Shown here piece by piece: positions 7,961 to 16,498 of a stretch of 40,000 bases of DNA (the first letter of the stretch is position 1; the number at the start of each line of letters is the position of its first letter). The translations under genes were made by a program, and so were the position numbers. Below the pieces are notes generated by a model that was not told the DNA's origin, did no database searches, and saw nothing but the letters and a program-made list of their open reading frames with translations. Source of the DNA: Maritimibacter sp. (GTDB lineage: Bacteria > Pseudomonadota > Alphaproteobacteria > Rhodobacterales > Rhodobacteraceae); the NCBI GenBank assembly GCA_002695005.1, contig NZNT01000026.1, positions 381,588 to 421,587 on the forward strand. The letters run 5' to 3'.

Positions 7961-9192
7961 CCCGTGGTCACTCCTTTGCTTGCGAGGCGAGTCATTTCTT
8001 CGCGTGTCGTGATCTTGGCGCGGCACCGCCCTTCGGGCAGCGCCTCGGTTTCGGCGGCGTCGATGCGACACCAGCCGTCGTAATCGACGAGCCCTGTGCG
8101 GCCCTCGAAGATCGCGCGTCCTGGCTTTGCAGGGTCTGCGGTCAGATCGTCAAGGATGTGCGTCGCGAGCGCCTGCGCGTCGGCACGGTTTTCCGGGATC
8201 GTGCCGCGTGGACCGCGCCGGAACCAGCCGGTCGCGTAGAGACCCGGCGCGAGCGCCCCTGCCCCGGCGTCGGTCGCGCTTTCCAGAAGGGCGTCGCGCG
8301 GCAGGTCCGGGTCGGCGTCGAAGCCGATCGCCGTCAGAACCGATGTGCAGGGGATCGTTTCGTCGCCCGCGTCGCTCGTAAATCGAACCGCGCGAACCTG
8401 CCCTTGTGAGCCGATTACCTCTGCAGGCGTCAGGCCGAACCGGAAGGTCACGTTGCGCGCACCGCTGCCATGACCGGCGATGGAGGCGAGCGCGTCCAGC
8501 GTCTTCACCGCGTCGGGTTCGTCGCTCGCGCCTGTGCCCACGACGTCGATGCTGACACCGCCCAGCTTGGCGAGTTCCTTGATCATGACGGGATCGAATT
8601 TCGCCGCCGCCGCGGGTGAGCGACCGGTGATCGTGAGGGACTCGATCCCGGCTCCGGCCAGCCAGTCGGTCGGACCGGCGCCGAGGTCGGACCCGGCGAG
8701 TTCATCGGGGTCTTTCGCCAGAAGCCGCAGCAGGTCGATGGCGACGTTGCCGTTACCGACGATGAGGGGATGCGCCCCGAGCTCAGGGAGCGTTTCTGCA
8801 TCTGGGTGATCGTAGAGTGCGCGGGTCAGCCGCCCGGCGCCGAACACACCCGCGAGGTCGTCGCCGGGAATTCCGAGCGGCCGGTCCACCGGCATTCCCG
8901 TAGCGAGGACCACCGCGTCATAGGCTGCGCGCAAGTCTTCGAGCGCGACGTCATCACCGAGCCGCAGACACCCGAAGAACCGCGCACCCTGCCGTTCGAA
9001 CACGCGGGCGAACTGGCGTGTGACTGCCTTGGTTCCCTGGTGGTCCGCCGCGACTCCGTAACGTACGAGTCCGTAGGGCACCGGCAAAGCGTCGATCAGG
9101 TCGACCTCCAGGTCCGGCGCCGCCTTGAGCAGCGACTGGGCCAGATAGCAGCCGGACGGACCTGCGCCCACGATGGCGATCTTTCCGCTCAT
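7957..9192 (-). CDS. FprA/adrenodoxin-reductase-type NADPH:ferredoxin(flavodoxin) oxidoreductase
   Basis: From the ATG at 9192 the translation reads MSGKIAIVGAGPSGCYLAQSLLK…LPVPYGLVRYGVAADHQGTK…. A second dinucleotide fold follows (LIVGNGNVAIDLLRLL). This matches the FprA/AdR family pattern. There are ATGA overlaps at both ends. Confidence 0.75.
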   Translation of the reverse strand: MSGKIAIVGAGPSGCYLAQSLLKAAPDLEVDLIDALPVPYGLVRYGVAADHQGTKAVTRQFARVFERQGARFFGCLRLGDDVALEDLRAAYDAVVLATGMPVDRPLGIPGDDLAGVFGAGRLTRALYDHPDAETLPELGAHPLIVGNGNVAIDLLRLLAKDPDELAGSDLGAGPTDWLAGAGIESLTITGRSPAAAAKFDPVMIKELAKLGGVSIDVVGTGASDEPDAVKTLDALASIAGHGSGARNVTFRFGLTPAEVIGSQGQVRAVRFTSDAGDETIPCTSVLTAIGFDADPDLPRDALLESATDAGAGALAPGLYATGWFRRGPRGTIPENRADAQALATHILDDLTADPAKPGRAIFEGRTGLVDYDGWCRIDAAETEALPEGRCRAKITTREEMTRLASKGVTTG

Positions 9193-10697
9193 GGCGTCAC
9201 CGCAGCCCCCGCCCACGGGATCGGGGCGCCCGTGAGGTCGGTGTAAAAGCCTTTCTGACGCATGTAAGCGCGCAGGCCTTGTCGGCCCTTTTCACGCCCG
9301 ATGCCGCTCGCGCCGTCCCCGCCAAAAGGCGTCGACACCGAGAACTGCTTGTAGGTGTTGTGCCAGACGGTCCCGGCCTGAATGGCTTGCCCGACGCGCC
9401 AGGCGCGGGGAAAGTCACGGGTCCAGATGCCGCAGGCGAGGCCGTAGTCGTTGTCGTTGGACTGCGCGATGACGTCCGCCTCGTCGTCGAAGGGCAGAAC
9501 GGCGAGCACCGGGCCGAACACTTCTTCCCGGCAGAGCCGCGCAGTGTTGGGGAGGCTCGAAAGGATCGTGGGCAAGTAATAGCTGCCCCCGTCATACTCT
9601 GGCCCCTCTGGCGCGCGGCCACCGGTCAGAAGCTCGGCCCCGTCCGCGAGCGCCTGTGCGACATGCGCCGCGACCTCGTCCCGATGATCCATGTGGATGA
9701 GCGGGGCGACCTGCGTGGCCGGATCGAAGGGGTGGCCCACCACGAGCCGTTCGGTCGCTGCGACCAGCCGGGAGACGAAGCTGTCGAAGATAGAGCGTTC
9801 GACGAAGAGCCGCGAGCCGGCGATGCAGCTTTGGCCGGTCGAGGAGAAGATGCCGTAGAGCACACCGGCGATCGCGGTGTCCATGTCGGCATCGGCGAAA
9901 ACGATGGTCGGGGATTTGCCGCCGAGTTCGAGACTCACCGGCATGAGTTTCTGCGCCGCCTTCACGGCGAGCGCACGGCCCGTCTCGGTGCCGCCGGTGA
10001 AGCTCACACGCGCGATGTCCGGATGTTCTACGAGCAGATTACCGATCTCACGCCCAGATCCTGGAAGAACCGAGAACAGACCCTTGGGGCAGCCGGCCGC
10101 GTCCACGATCCGGGCCAGTTCCAGTGCGGTCAGCGGCGACCAGGAGGCGGGCTTGAGGATGACGGCGTTCCCGGCCGCAAGGGCCGGGGCGACCTTCTGC
10201 GCGTCCGAGGCGATGGGAGAGTTCCAGGGCGTGATCGCGGCGACCACACCCATCGGCTCGTAGACCGACAGGGTCATCGCAGGTCCGCGCCGGGTGGTAA
10301 GCTCCTCGTCCATCGTCTCCAACACCGCGCCGAAGTAGCGAAACGTCCCGGCGGCGGACGCGGCGAGCGCTCCCGTTTCGGCCAATGTCTTGCCGGTATC
10401 GCGCGACTGGATGCGCGAGATGCGTTCGGCATTGGCTTCGATCCCGTCCGCGATGCGATAGAGGAGCCGCGCGCGTTCATGTGGCTTGAGCGCGCGCCAG
10501 GCGGGATCGGCCTGTGCGGCCTTGGCCTTGGCGATGGCCTCTTCCCCGTCAGCGGCACTCGCGCCGCGAAACACCCGGTTCACCCGACCGTCCGCCGGAA
10601 AGATCGAAGTGATCTCGGCCCCGCGCCCATCGCGCCATTCGCCTGCGAGAAAGAGCTTGCCCTCGGGAAGCTCGGCGTTCACGTCCATATCCTTCAT
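9189..10697 (-). CDS. NAD(P)-dependent aldehyde dehydrogenase family protein
   Basis: ALDH hallmarks are present: …FTGGTETGR…, the ELGGKSP glutamate motif and the catalytic Cys context GQSCIAGSR. Length is 502 aa. Confidence 0.9.
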   Translation of the reverse strand: MKDMDVNAELPEGKLFLAGEWRDGRGAEITSIFPADGRVNRVFRGASAADGEEAIAKAKAAQADPAWRALKPHERARLLYRIADGIEANAERISRIQSRDTGKTLAETGALAASAAGTFRYFGAVLETMDEELTTRRGPAMTLSVYEPMGVVAAITPWNSPIASDAQKVAPALAAGNAVILKPASWSPLTALELARIVDAAGCPKGLFSVLPGSGREIGNLLVEHPDIARVSFTGGTETGRALAVKAAQKLMPVSLELGGKSPTIVFADADMDTAIAGVLYGIFSSTGQSCIAGSRLFVERSIFDSFVSRLVAATERLVVGHPFDPATQVAPLIHMDHRDEVAAHVAQALADGAELLTGGRAPEGPEYDGGSYYLPTILSSLPNTARLCREEVFGPVLAVLPFDDEADVIAQSNDNDYGLACGIWTRDFPRAWRVGQAIQAGTVWHNTYKQFSVSTPFGGDGASGIGREKGRQGLRAYMRQKGFYTDLTGAPIPWAGAAVTP

Positions 10698-11509
10698 CAG
10701 ATCACCATCGGTCCGATATGGTTTCGGATTTCGCGCAGAACGGAGTAGATCGTCGCCACGCTCGTCTTCGCATTGCCGTTCGACGGCAGGTTCTCGATCT
10801 CCACGCGCACCTTGGCGGCGGGGGAGACGACCTCGTAGCTGTGGACATTGCCGGGGGCTGCGGGGTCGGCCACGAGTTCCACCCGGGTCTTGTCGAGGCC
10901 GGGGCCTGCCAGCGCCAGAGTCGCGGCCACGTTGGCGTTCTTGGGAAACTGAGCCGCAGCCTCGCGGGCCGTGCCGGTAAAGAACACGGCCGCTGACTCA
11001 AGTGTATCAAGGTCGAGCGCTTCGGCCGCCGGCGATCCGGCCCAGGCTTTCGGCGGCTTCGTCCCGCGATAGGTCAGCGTGACCTCGCCCGAGGCGGACA
11101 GGGCCGATACGATGTCGATTCCGCCGACAGCACCTGCGGGCAGGATGATCCGCGCCCCGCCCGCGCGCGCGGCCGTCTCCAGCCTTGCCGCAAGGTCGGT
11201 GTCCGACAGCGCCCCGACCGAGACGACGACCACATCGAATCCGGCCTCGAGGCAAGGCCCCACATGCTCGGCCACACCGGCATGTCCTGCAGCCTCGACG
11301 ATAAGGTCCGGGCGGGCCGCGATCAGGTCGGCGGTCTCCTCCACGATCTCGGCCTTCGGTGTCATGGCGGCGATCTCGTCCTGCGCGCGGTCGCATTGCC
11401 CCGCGCGCACCAGAAGCGTGATACGGGTCACGTCCGGCGCATCCGGCGCGTCGAGGAACCCGAGAAGCGTCTTGACGATATTGCCGCACCCGATGAGACC
11501 GAGATGCAT
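10697..11509 (-). CDS. Aspartate dehydrogenase (NadX)-like domain protein
   Basis: The N-terminus has a Rossmann fold (MHLGLIGCGNIV). The C-terminal half reads …FPKNANVAATLALAG…ADPAAPGNVHSYEV…NLPSNGNAKTS…, as in the NadX family. Confidence 0.7.
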   Translation of the reverse strand: MHLGLIGCGNIVKTLLGFLDAPDAPDVTRITLLVRAGQCDRAQDEIAAMTPKAEIVEETADLIAARPDLIVEAAGHAGVAEHVGPCLEAGFDVVVVSVGALSDTDLAARLETAARAGGARIILPAGAVGGIDIVSALSASGEVTLTYRGTKPPKAWAGSPAAEALDLDTLESAAVFFTGTAREAAAQFPKNANVAATLALAGPGLDKTRVELVADPAAPGNVHSYEVVSPAAKVRVEIENLPSNGNAKTSVATIYSVLREIRNHIGPMVI

Positions 11510-11512
11510 GGA

Positions 11513-13198
11513 TCACACCTCCTTGGTCTGGGCGGCACCCGCCGGCGGTCCGGCAAAGGCTTCGGCGAAGGGTCCGATAGCGTTCATGTCGATCTCGATG
11601 AGCGACGGGCCGGACCCCGCGAGCGCGGCGTCGAGCACGCCCGCGAATGCTTCGACGTCATCGCAGCGCGTGTGCGGCATCCCGATGGAGGCGCAGAAGG
11701 CGTCGAACTCCGGCACGGCGATGGCCGAGTAGTGGCGGCGGCTGTCATACTGCGCGTCCTGGATGTTCTGGATCACGCCATAGGCCCTGTCGTTCATCAG
11801 GATGTAGACCAGCGGCGCATTCTCATCGACCGCAGTGATCATCTCGGCGAGACCGAGCATCGTGCCGCCGTCGCCCACGAGCGTCACCGCCTTCTGGTCA
11901 GGCGAACAGGCCAGCGCCGCGCCGATCCCCATGGCGACCCCCTGCCCGATCCCGCCGCCAAGGGCGTGGACCCCCTGCTCAGGCCGGGCAAGGCGGACGT
12001 AGCGGTTTCCGAAGGTGGAGTTCGAGATCGTCACGTCGCGCACCCAGGCGTGACCGCCTGCCGCCACAGCCTCGCTGATCGCGTCGGCGACCACGCGGTA
12101 TTGGCCGAGTTGAGAGCGCATGCGCCCCTCGGCCCCGGCCCGCGCGCGGGCGATGTCGAACCCGAGGTTCGGGTCGGCGTCGAGCTTGGCCGGCAGCTTG
12201 TCGAGCAAGCGCGCCAGCGTGTCCTGCGCGCCGCCGTGAATGAACATGTCGACGGCGTAGTTGCGCCCGCCCTGCGCGGCATCCGCGTCGATCTGGACCA
12301 GGGGGCGCGGCAGCGGCATCATGTTGTTGCGGGTCTCGTTGCCGCGCAGGCGCGAGCCGACCACGACCATCAGGTCGCAGGTTTCATACAGCGCGACCGA
12401 CTCCGGTCCCATGTTGAACGCGCCGAGGTTGGCCGAGGCCTCCTCGCTGACCGTTGCGCGGCCATTGGTCGAGGTGACGATACCGACGCCCCGGTTCATC
12501 AGTTCGGTCGCTTCGCGGGTCGCCTCACGCGCGCCACCGCCCAGCCACAGGAGGGGGCGTTTCGCGTTCACGATGGCGTCGGCAAGCGCGTCGATCGCGG
12601 GGTCCGGCGCGCGCGGCGCCTGGGCTTCAGGTGCGAAGATCGTGGATTGCTCCACCGCCATGTGGCGCTGCACATCGACGGGGATCTCAAGGCTCACGGG
12701 GCCTGACGGTGCCGACAAAGCGGACGACACGGCGGCGGTCAGCGTGCCGACGGCTCCGTTCGCGTCCCACATCCGGTAGACCGCCTTCGACACGCCGCGC
12801 AGCATCTCCGGCTGGCGCGGCACGTCGTGGATCGCCGCGCGGTCGCGGTCGGCATAGGCAAGGTCCACCTGGCTCGTGATATGGAGCACCCGGCTTCCGG
12901 CCGTGAGCGCCTCCGCCTGCGCCCCGGCCGCGTTGCCCGCCGCCGTGCCGGTCGAGGTGATGCACACGCCAAGACCGCCCGACACACGAGCATAGGCATC
13001 GGCCATGTTCATCGCCCCTGCCTCGCCGCGCGCGGGCACGAACCGGATCCGGCCCTGACGCGCGACGGCGTCGAGGATGGGCATGTTGTGGATCGAGATC
13101 ACCCCGAACATGGTGGTGACACCAACCTCCGCGAGATACCGGGCAATGTAGTCGCCGACGGTTTCGACGTCCTGGATGGTTTCGTGTTTCATGCCCAT
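11513..13198 (-). CDS. Thiamine-pyrophosphate-dependent enzyme (acetolactate synthase / benzoylformate decarboxylase superfamily)
   Basis: There is an N-terminal TPP-pyrimidine domain (…FGVISIHNMPILDA…ARGEAGAMNMADAYARVSG…) and a C-terminal TPP motif (GDGGTMLGLAEMITAVDENAPLVYILMNDRAYG). The start may instead be the second ATG at 13192, given GAGGAG spacing. Confidence 0.85.
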   Translation of the reverse strand: MGMKHETIQDVETVGDYIARYLAEVGVTTMFGVISIHNMPILDAVARQGRIRFVPARGEAGAMNMADAYARVSGGLGVCITSTGTAAGNAAGAQAEALTAGSRVLHITSQVDLAYADRDRAAIHDVPRQPEMLRGVSKAVYRMWDANGAVGTLTAAVSSALSAPSGPVSLEIPVDVQRHMAVEQSTIFAPEAQAPRAPDPAIDALADAIVNAKRPLLWLGGGAREATREATELMNRGVGIVTSTNGRATVSEEASANLGAFNMGPESVALYETCDLMVVVGSRLRGNETRNNMMPLPRPLVQIDADAAQGGRNYAVDMFIHGGAQDTLARLLDKLPAKLDADPNLGFDIARARAGAEGRMRSQLGQYRVVADAISEAVAAGGHAWVRDVTISNSTFGNRYVRLARPEQGVHALGGGIGQGVAMGIGAALACSPDQKAVTLVGDGGTMLGLAEMITAVDENAPLVYILMNDRAYGVIQNIQDAQYDSRRHYSAIAVPEFDAFCASIGMPHTRCDDVEAFAGVLDAALAGSGPSLIEIDMNAIGPFAEAFAGPPAGAAQTKEV

Positions 13199-13202
13199 CT
13201 CC

Positions 13203-13991
13203 TCAGATATGTCTGTCCAGGCCGCCCGACACGTCGAGTTGGGCCCCTGTTATGTAGCTGGCCGCGCGAGAGCCAAGGAACGCGATGGCGTTCGCCGCTT
13301 CTTCGGGATCGCCAAGACGCCCAAGGGGGATGCCCTTGCGCTCGGCCAGCGCCCCGTACCAGTCCGCGCGGCTGTCCGTCTGGTCTTCGCGCGCCTCGAA
13401 CCGCCGGGTCCACTGGCCGCTTTCGATGAGCCCCATCAGGACGGAGTTCACGCGAACGTCCGGCGCAAACTCGATCGAAAGGGATTTCAGGAGGTTCTGC
13501 ACCCCGGCCCGCGCCGAAGAGGTGCAGACCATGTGTTCTTCCGGCTGGTAGGCCAGCAGCGAGTTGACGGCCACGATCGACCCCCGCGCCTCGCGCAGCA
13601 TCGGCAGGAAGGCCCGGATCGGGTAGATCTGGCTGAAAAGCTTGAGCTCGTATTCCGCGCGCCAGTCCTCGTCCTCGGTCGTGGCGAAGGTCGATTGCCG
13701 GCCCGCGCCCGCGTTGTTGACGAGGAGGTCGCACCGGCCCCAGTGGTCCTGCACCCCTGCGGCGAAGCCGTTGACCGCATCGCGGTCGAGCACGTCGACG
13801 GTGCGCGACAGAATCCGGTCGGCCCCGAAGTCGCGTTCGAGAACGCCGCTCACCTGTGCGAGCCGTCCTTCGTTGCGTGCACAGAGCGCGACCCGTGCCC
13901 CGGCGCCCAGCAATGTCTTGACGGTCGCGAGCCCGATGCCGGACGTCCCGCCCGTGACCACCGCCACGGCATTTTCGTAGCCAAGGTCCAT
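13203..13991 (-). CDS. SDR-fold protein with non-canonical active site (TSSAR in place of YxxxK)
   Basis: From the ATG at 13991 the translation reads MDLGYENAVAVVTGGTSGIGLA…LVNNAGAG…AVNSLLAY…CTSSARAGVQNLLKSLS. Cofactor motifs are intact, but the Tyr and Lys positions read Thr and Arg (acc tct tcg gcg cgg, 13523-13509). Confidence 0.8.
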   Translation of the reverse strand: MDLGYENAVAVVTGGTSGIGLATVKTLLGAGARVALCARNEGRLAQVSGVLERDFGADRILSRTVDVLDRDAVNGFAAGVQDHWGRCDLLVNNAGAGRQSTFATTEDEDWRAEYELKLFSQIYPIRAFLPMLREARGSIVAVNSLLAYQPEEHMVCTSSARAGVQNLLKSLSIEFAPDVRVNSVLMGLIESGQWTRRFEAREDQTDSRADWYGALAERKGIPLGRLGDPEEAANAIAFLGSRAASYITGAQLDVSGGLDRHI

Positions 13992-14920
13992 CACGCGGCT
14001 CCCCGGTTGCGCTTGGCCAGTTCGGGGAATCCGGGATCTGGGCGCCCCTGCATCACCGCGCGTTGCGCGGGCGTCGGCGGCCCTGCGGTCATCCACTGGT
14101 CCATCGCTTCGGGGTCGGTGCGCGACCAGACCTTGGCCTCATGCGTCGCCTCGTCGATCTGTTCGAGCTCCGAGGTGAATTCGATCACGAAACCGGACGG
14201 CGAGACGAAATAGGCGAAGGGGTTGTTGCCCGGCCCATGCCGGCCCGGCCCCCAGCTCGGCACATGACCCTTCTGTTTCATCCGCCCGATGGAGCGCATG
14301 TATTCGTCGAGAGTCGGGAGTTCGAAGGCGACGTGGTTCACGCTGGGATAGGTCGCCCGCACGAGCGCGATGGAATGGTGGTCGGTGTTGCAGCGCAGAA
14401 AGACCATCTGGTCGGCGGAATAATCCGACGCGCGGAACCCGAGCACATCTTCGTACCAGGCCTGAACGCCATCCATGTCAGGCGTGTTCAGCACCACATG
14501 GCTGACCTTGCGGGGCCTGGCCCAGTCGGACCCGGCCTCCAGAACGCGGGCGTCGGTGCGAAAGCGCAAGCGGCGCATGTCGGGGTCGAGCATCTCGAAC
14601 CCGTAACCGCCCACCCAGTCGTCGAACGGGGCCGGGGCACCGATCACGTCCGCACCTTTCGCCACGACCTGGGCGTGAAGCGCATCCATCGACTCGCGGT
14701 CCGGCATTGCGAAATGGATGTATTCGATCCCGTGGGTGTCGCCATCCTTGAGGCCATAGAGGAACGGCTCCTCACCCGTGCCACGCAGGAGGGCTTCGCC
14801 TGTCTCTTCGTGGGCGAGCGACAGGCCCCACATGTCCAGATAGAACGGAAGGGTGTCGGTCATGCCCGGGGCGCGCATCATGATGCCGCGCAGTCTGCCG
14901 ACTCGTATCGTGTCGCTCAC
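13991..14920 (-). CDS. Two-domain extradiol ring-cleavage dioxygenase (VOC / catechol 2,3-dioxygenase type)
   Basis: The start is GTG at 14920, 8 nt downstream of AGGAGG. VOC pattern: …VSHVVLNTPD…, NHVAFEL and GFVIEFTSE give the expected H/H/E metal ligand positions. The upstream 52 aa of the track ORF is Arg/Pro-rich junk. Confidence 0.8.
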   Translation of the reverse strand: MSDTIRVGRLRGIMMRAPGMTDTLPFYLDMWGLSLAHEETGEALLRGTGEEPFLYGLKDGDTHGIEYIHFAMPDRESMDALHAQVVAKGADVIGAPAPFDDWVGGYGFEMLDPDMRRLRFRTDARVLEAGSDWARPRKVSHVVLNTPDMDGVQAWYEDVLGFRASDYSADQMVFLRCNTDHHSIALVRATYPSVNHVAFELPTLDEYMRSIGRMKQKGHVPSWGPGRHGPGNNPFAYFVSPSGFVIEFTSELEQIDEATHEAKVWSRTDPEAMDQWMTAGPPTPAQRAVMQGRPDPGFPELAKRNRGAA

Positions 14921-14948
14921 AAGTCCATCCTCCTGTCGTCGCCCCGGC

Positions 14949-15761
14949 TCATTTTGCCGGGACCGTTTCCTGTTCGAGTGCCGTCGCGAATGCAGCCGGC
15001 GCCTGTTGGTAGATCGCGTGCCCGGCCTCGGGCACGAGTGTGAAGGCCCCGCGGTACCGCGCGGGCACGGCGGCATGGGCGCGGCGCGCGCCGTCCGGCG
15101 GCGTCACCACGTCGCCCGCACCGACGATGACATCGGTGGGCACCGACAGCCGTTCGGCATCGTCGAGCAGCCGGCCCGACGCGAGCATCCGCGCGGCCTG
15201 CGCGTAGCCCGGCAGTTTGACCCGGGACATGGCGTCGCGCACGATCTCGACCGCTTCGGGGTGGTCCTCGGCGCGGTGAACGAGGCGGGCGGCCCGTGCT
15301 GCGGCAAAGGCAGCGGCCCCTTCGTGCTCCAGATCGTCGATCCGGCTTTGCGCGGCCGAGCTGAGCCCCCCGCCCCGGACAACGCCGTGACCCAGCGCGG
15401 GCGAGGCCATGACGAGCCGGCACACAAGGTCACCGTGGCGGGCGGCGAAGGCCGCCCCCATAAGAGCGCCCAGCGAATGCCCGACAAGCGTCGCCCGCCC
15501 GATATCGAGCGCAGCGAACAGGCGGCGCAGCGCCGCGGCGTAATCCGTCGCCTCCGGCCACTCCCGGTCCAGCGGGTGGGACTCGCCATAGCCCGGCGCG
15601 CTCCACGCGATCACACGCGCCGAGCGCGGCAGGTGCGGCAGAAGCGGTGTGAACGACGCGGCTTGCGAGCCGATGCCGTGAAGGAGGACGAGTGTCTCAC
15701 CGTTGCCGGGACGTTCGAGGTACTCGAGCCCGGCGGCGCTATGCGTGGTCCAGCCGCTCAT
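14949..15761 (-). CDS. Alpha/beta-fold hydrolase (meta-cleavage-product hydrolase-like)
   Basis: From the ATG at 15761 the translation reads MSGWTTHSAAGLEYLERPGNGETLVLLHGIGS…. The nucleophile elbow is GHSLG and a C-terminal GH is present (PEAGHAIY). There is an ATGA overlap with the upstream SDR. Confidence 0.82.
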   Translation of the reverse strand: MSGWTTHSAAGLEYLERPGNGETLVLLHGIGSQAASFTPLLPHLPRSARVIAWSAPGYGESHPLDREWPEATDYAAALRRLFAALDIGRATLVGHSLGALMGAAFAARHGDLVCRLVMASPALGHGVVRGGGLSSAAQSRIDDLEHEGAAAFAAARAARLVHRAEDHPEAVEIVRDAMSRVKLPGYAQAARMLASGRLLDDAERLSVPTDVIVGAGDVVTPPDGARRAHAAVPARYRGAFTLVPEAGHAIYQQAPAAFATALEQETVPAK

Positions 15762-16498
15762 GTGAACACGAAGCCGTTGTTGACCGGCAGCACCTGCCCG
15801 GTGAGGGTCAGCGCGCTTTCGGTCAGCAGGAAACATGCCACCTCGGACACGTCGCCCGTGTCCTGCGGCCCCGGCACGGCGCGGCCGTCCTGGTAGAACC
15901 TGTGGCGGTGCTCCGGCACATATTCCGTGCTTTCGGTCGTCAGGATGCCGGGCGCGATGGCGGTGACGCCCACCCGATCCGGCCCGAGTTCGCGCGCGAG
16001 CGATCGGGTCATTGAAATAACCGCGCCCTTGGACGCGACATAGGACAATAGGTTCTGGGCCCCCCATAGCGCCGTGTCCGAGGCGACGTTGACGACCCGA
16101 CCGGACCCCGACGCCTTGAGCAGCGGCGCGGCGGCACGGGTCATCAGCCAGGTGCCGCGCACGTTGACGCGCTGGACAAGATCCCAGGTGTCGATCTCGA
16201 TGGCGTCGAACGGGATGCCGCCGATACCCGTCGCGATGGCCCCGTTGTTGACCAGCCCGTGCAGTTTCCCGCCCGTGCGCTCGGCCACCCCGGCGGCCAG
16301 CGCCTCGATCGAGGCCGGATCACCAAGGTCGACGGGCAGGAAGTCTGCGCCCAGCGCCTCGGCCGTCGCGCCTCCCGTTTCCTCGGCAATGTCCGCGAGG
16401 ATCAGCGATGCGCCCTGGCCGGCGAGGGTCTTGGCGATTTCGGCGCCAAGACCGCGGGCCGCGCCGGTCACGAGGATATGTCGTCCGTCGAGCGTCAT
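15758..16498 (-). CDS. Classical SDR oxidoreductase (dihydrodiol/3-oxoacyl reductase-like)
   Basis: Motifs VTGAARGLG and NNGA are present, with catalytic S…YVASK. There is a 1-nt overlap (TAATG) with the Rieske gene stop. Confidence 0.88.
   Translation of the reverse strand: MTLDGRHILVTGAARGLGAEIAKTLAGQGASLILADIAEETGGATAEALGADFLPVDLGDPASIEALAAGVAERTGGKLHGLVNNGAIATGIGGIPFDAIEIDTWDLVQRVNVRGTWLMTRAAAPLLKASGSGRVVNVASDTALWGAQNLLSYVASKGAVISMTRSLARELGPDRVGVTAIAPGILTTESTEYVPEHRHRFYQDGRAVPGPQDTGDVSEVACFLLTESALTLTGQVLPVNNGFVFT

Noticed and set aside
10697-11509. Calling the NadX-like gene an NAD-biosynthesis aspartate dehydrogenase (nadX)
   Set aside because: No nadA or nadC genes are adjacent, and it is embedded in a catabolic operon. 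Family members act on other amino or hydroxy acids. The gene symbol is therefore withheld.
9279-12706. Long plus-strand ORFs (489 aa at 9279-10748; 480 aa at 11264-12706) antisense to the ALDH, NadX-like and TPP genes
   Set aside because: They have no motifs and an extreme Arg/Gly/Asp bias. The opposite-strand genes carry unambiguous catalytic signatures (ELGGKSP, GDGG…N).
13992-16067. 5' extensions of the track ORFs for the SDR (to 14096), the dioxygenase (to 15076) and the hydrolase (to 16067)
   Set aside because: The extensions run through the preceding genes and are Arg/Pro-rich. Internal starts at 13991, 14920 (GTG with AGGAGG) and 15761 give family-typical N-termini and start/stop coupling.
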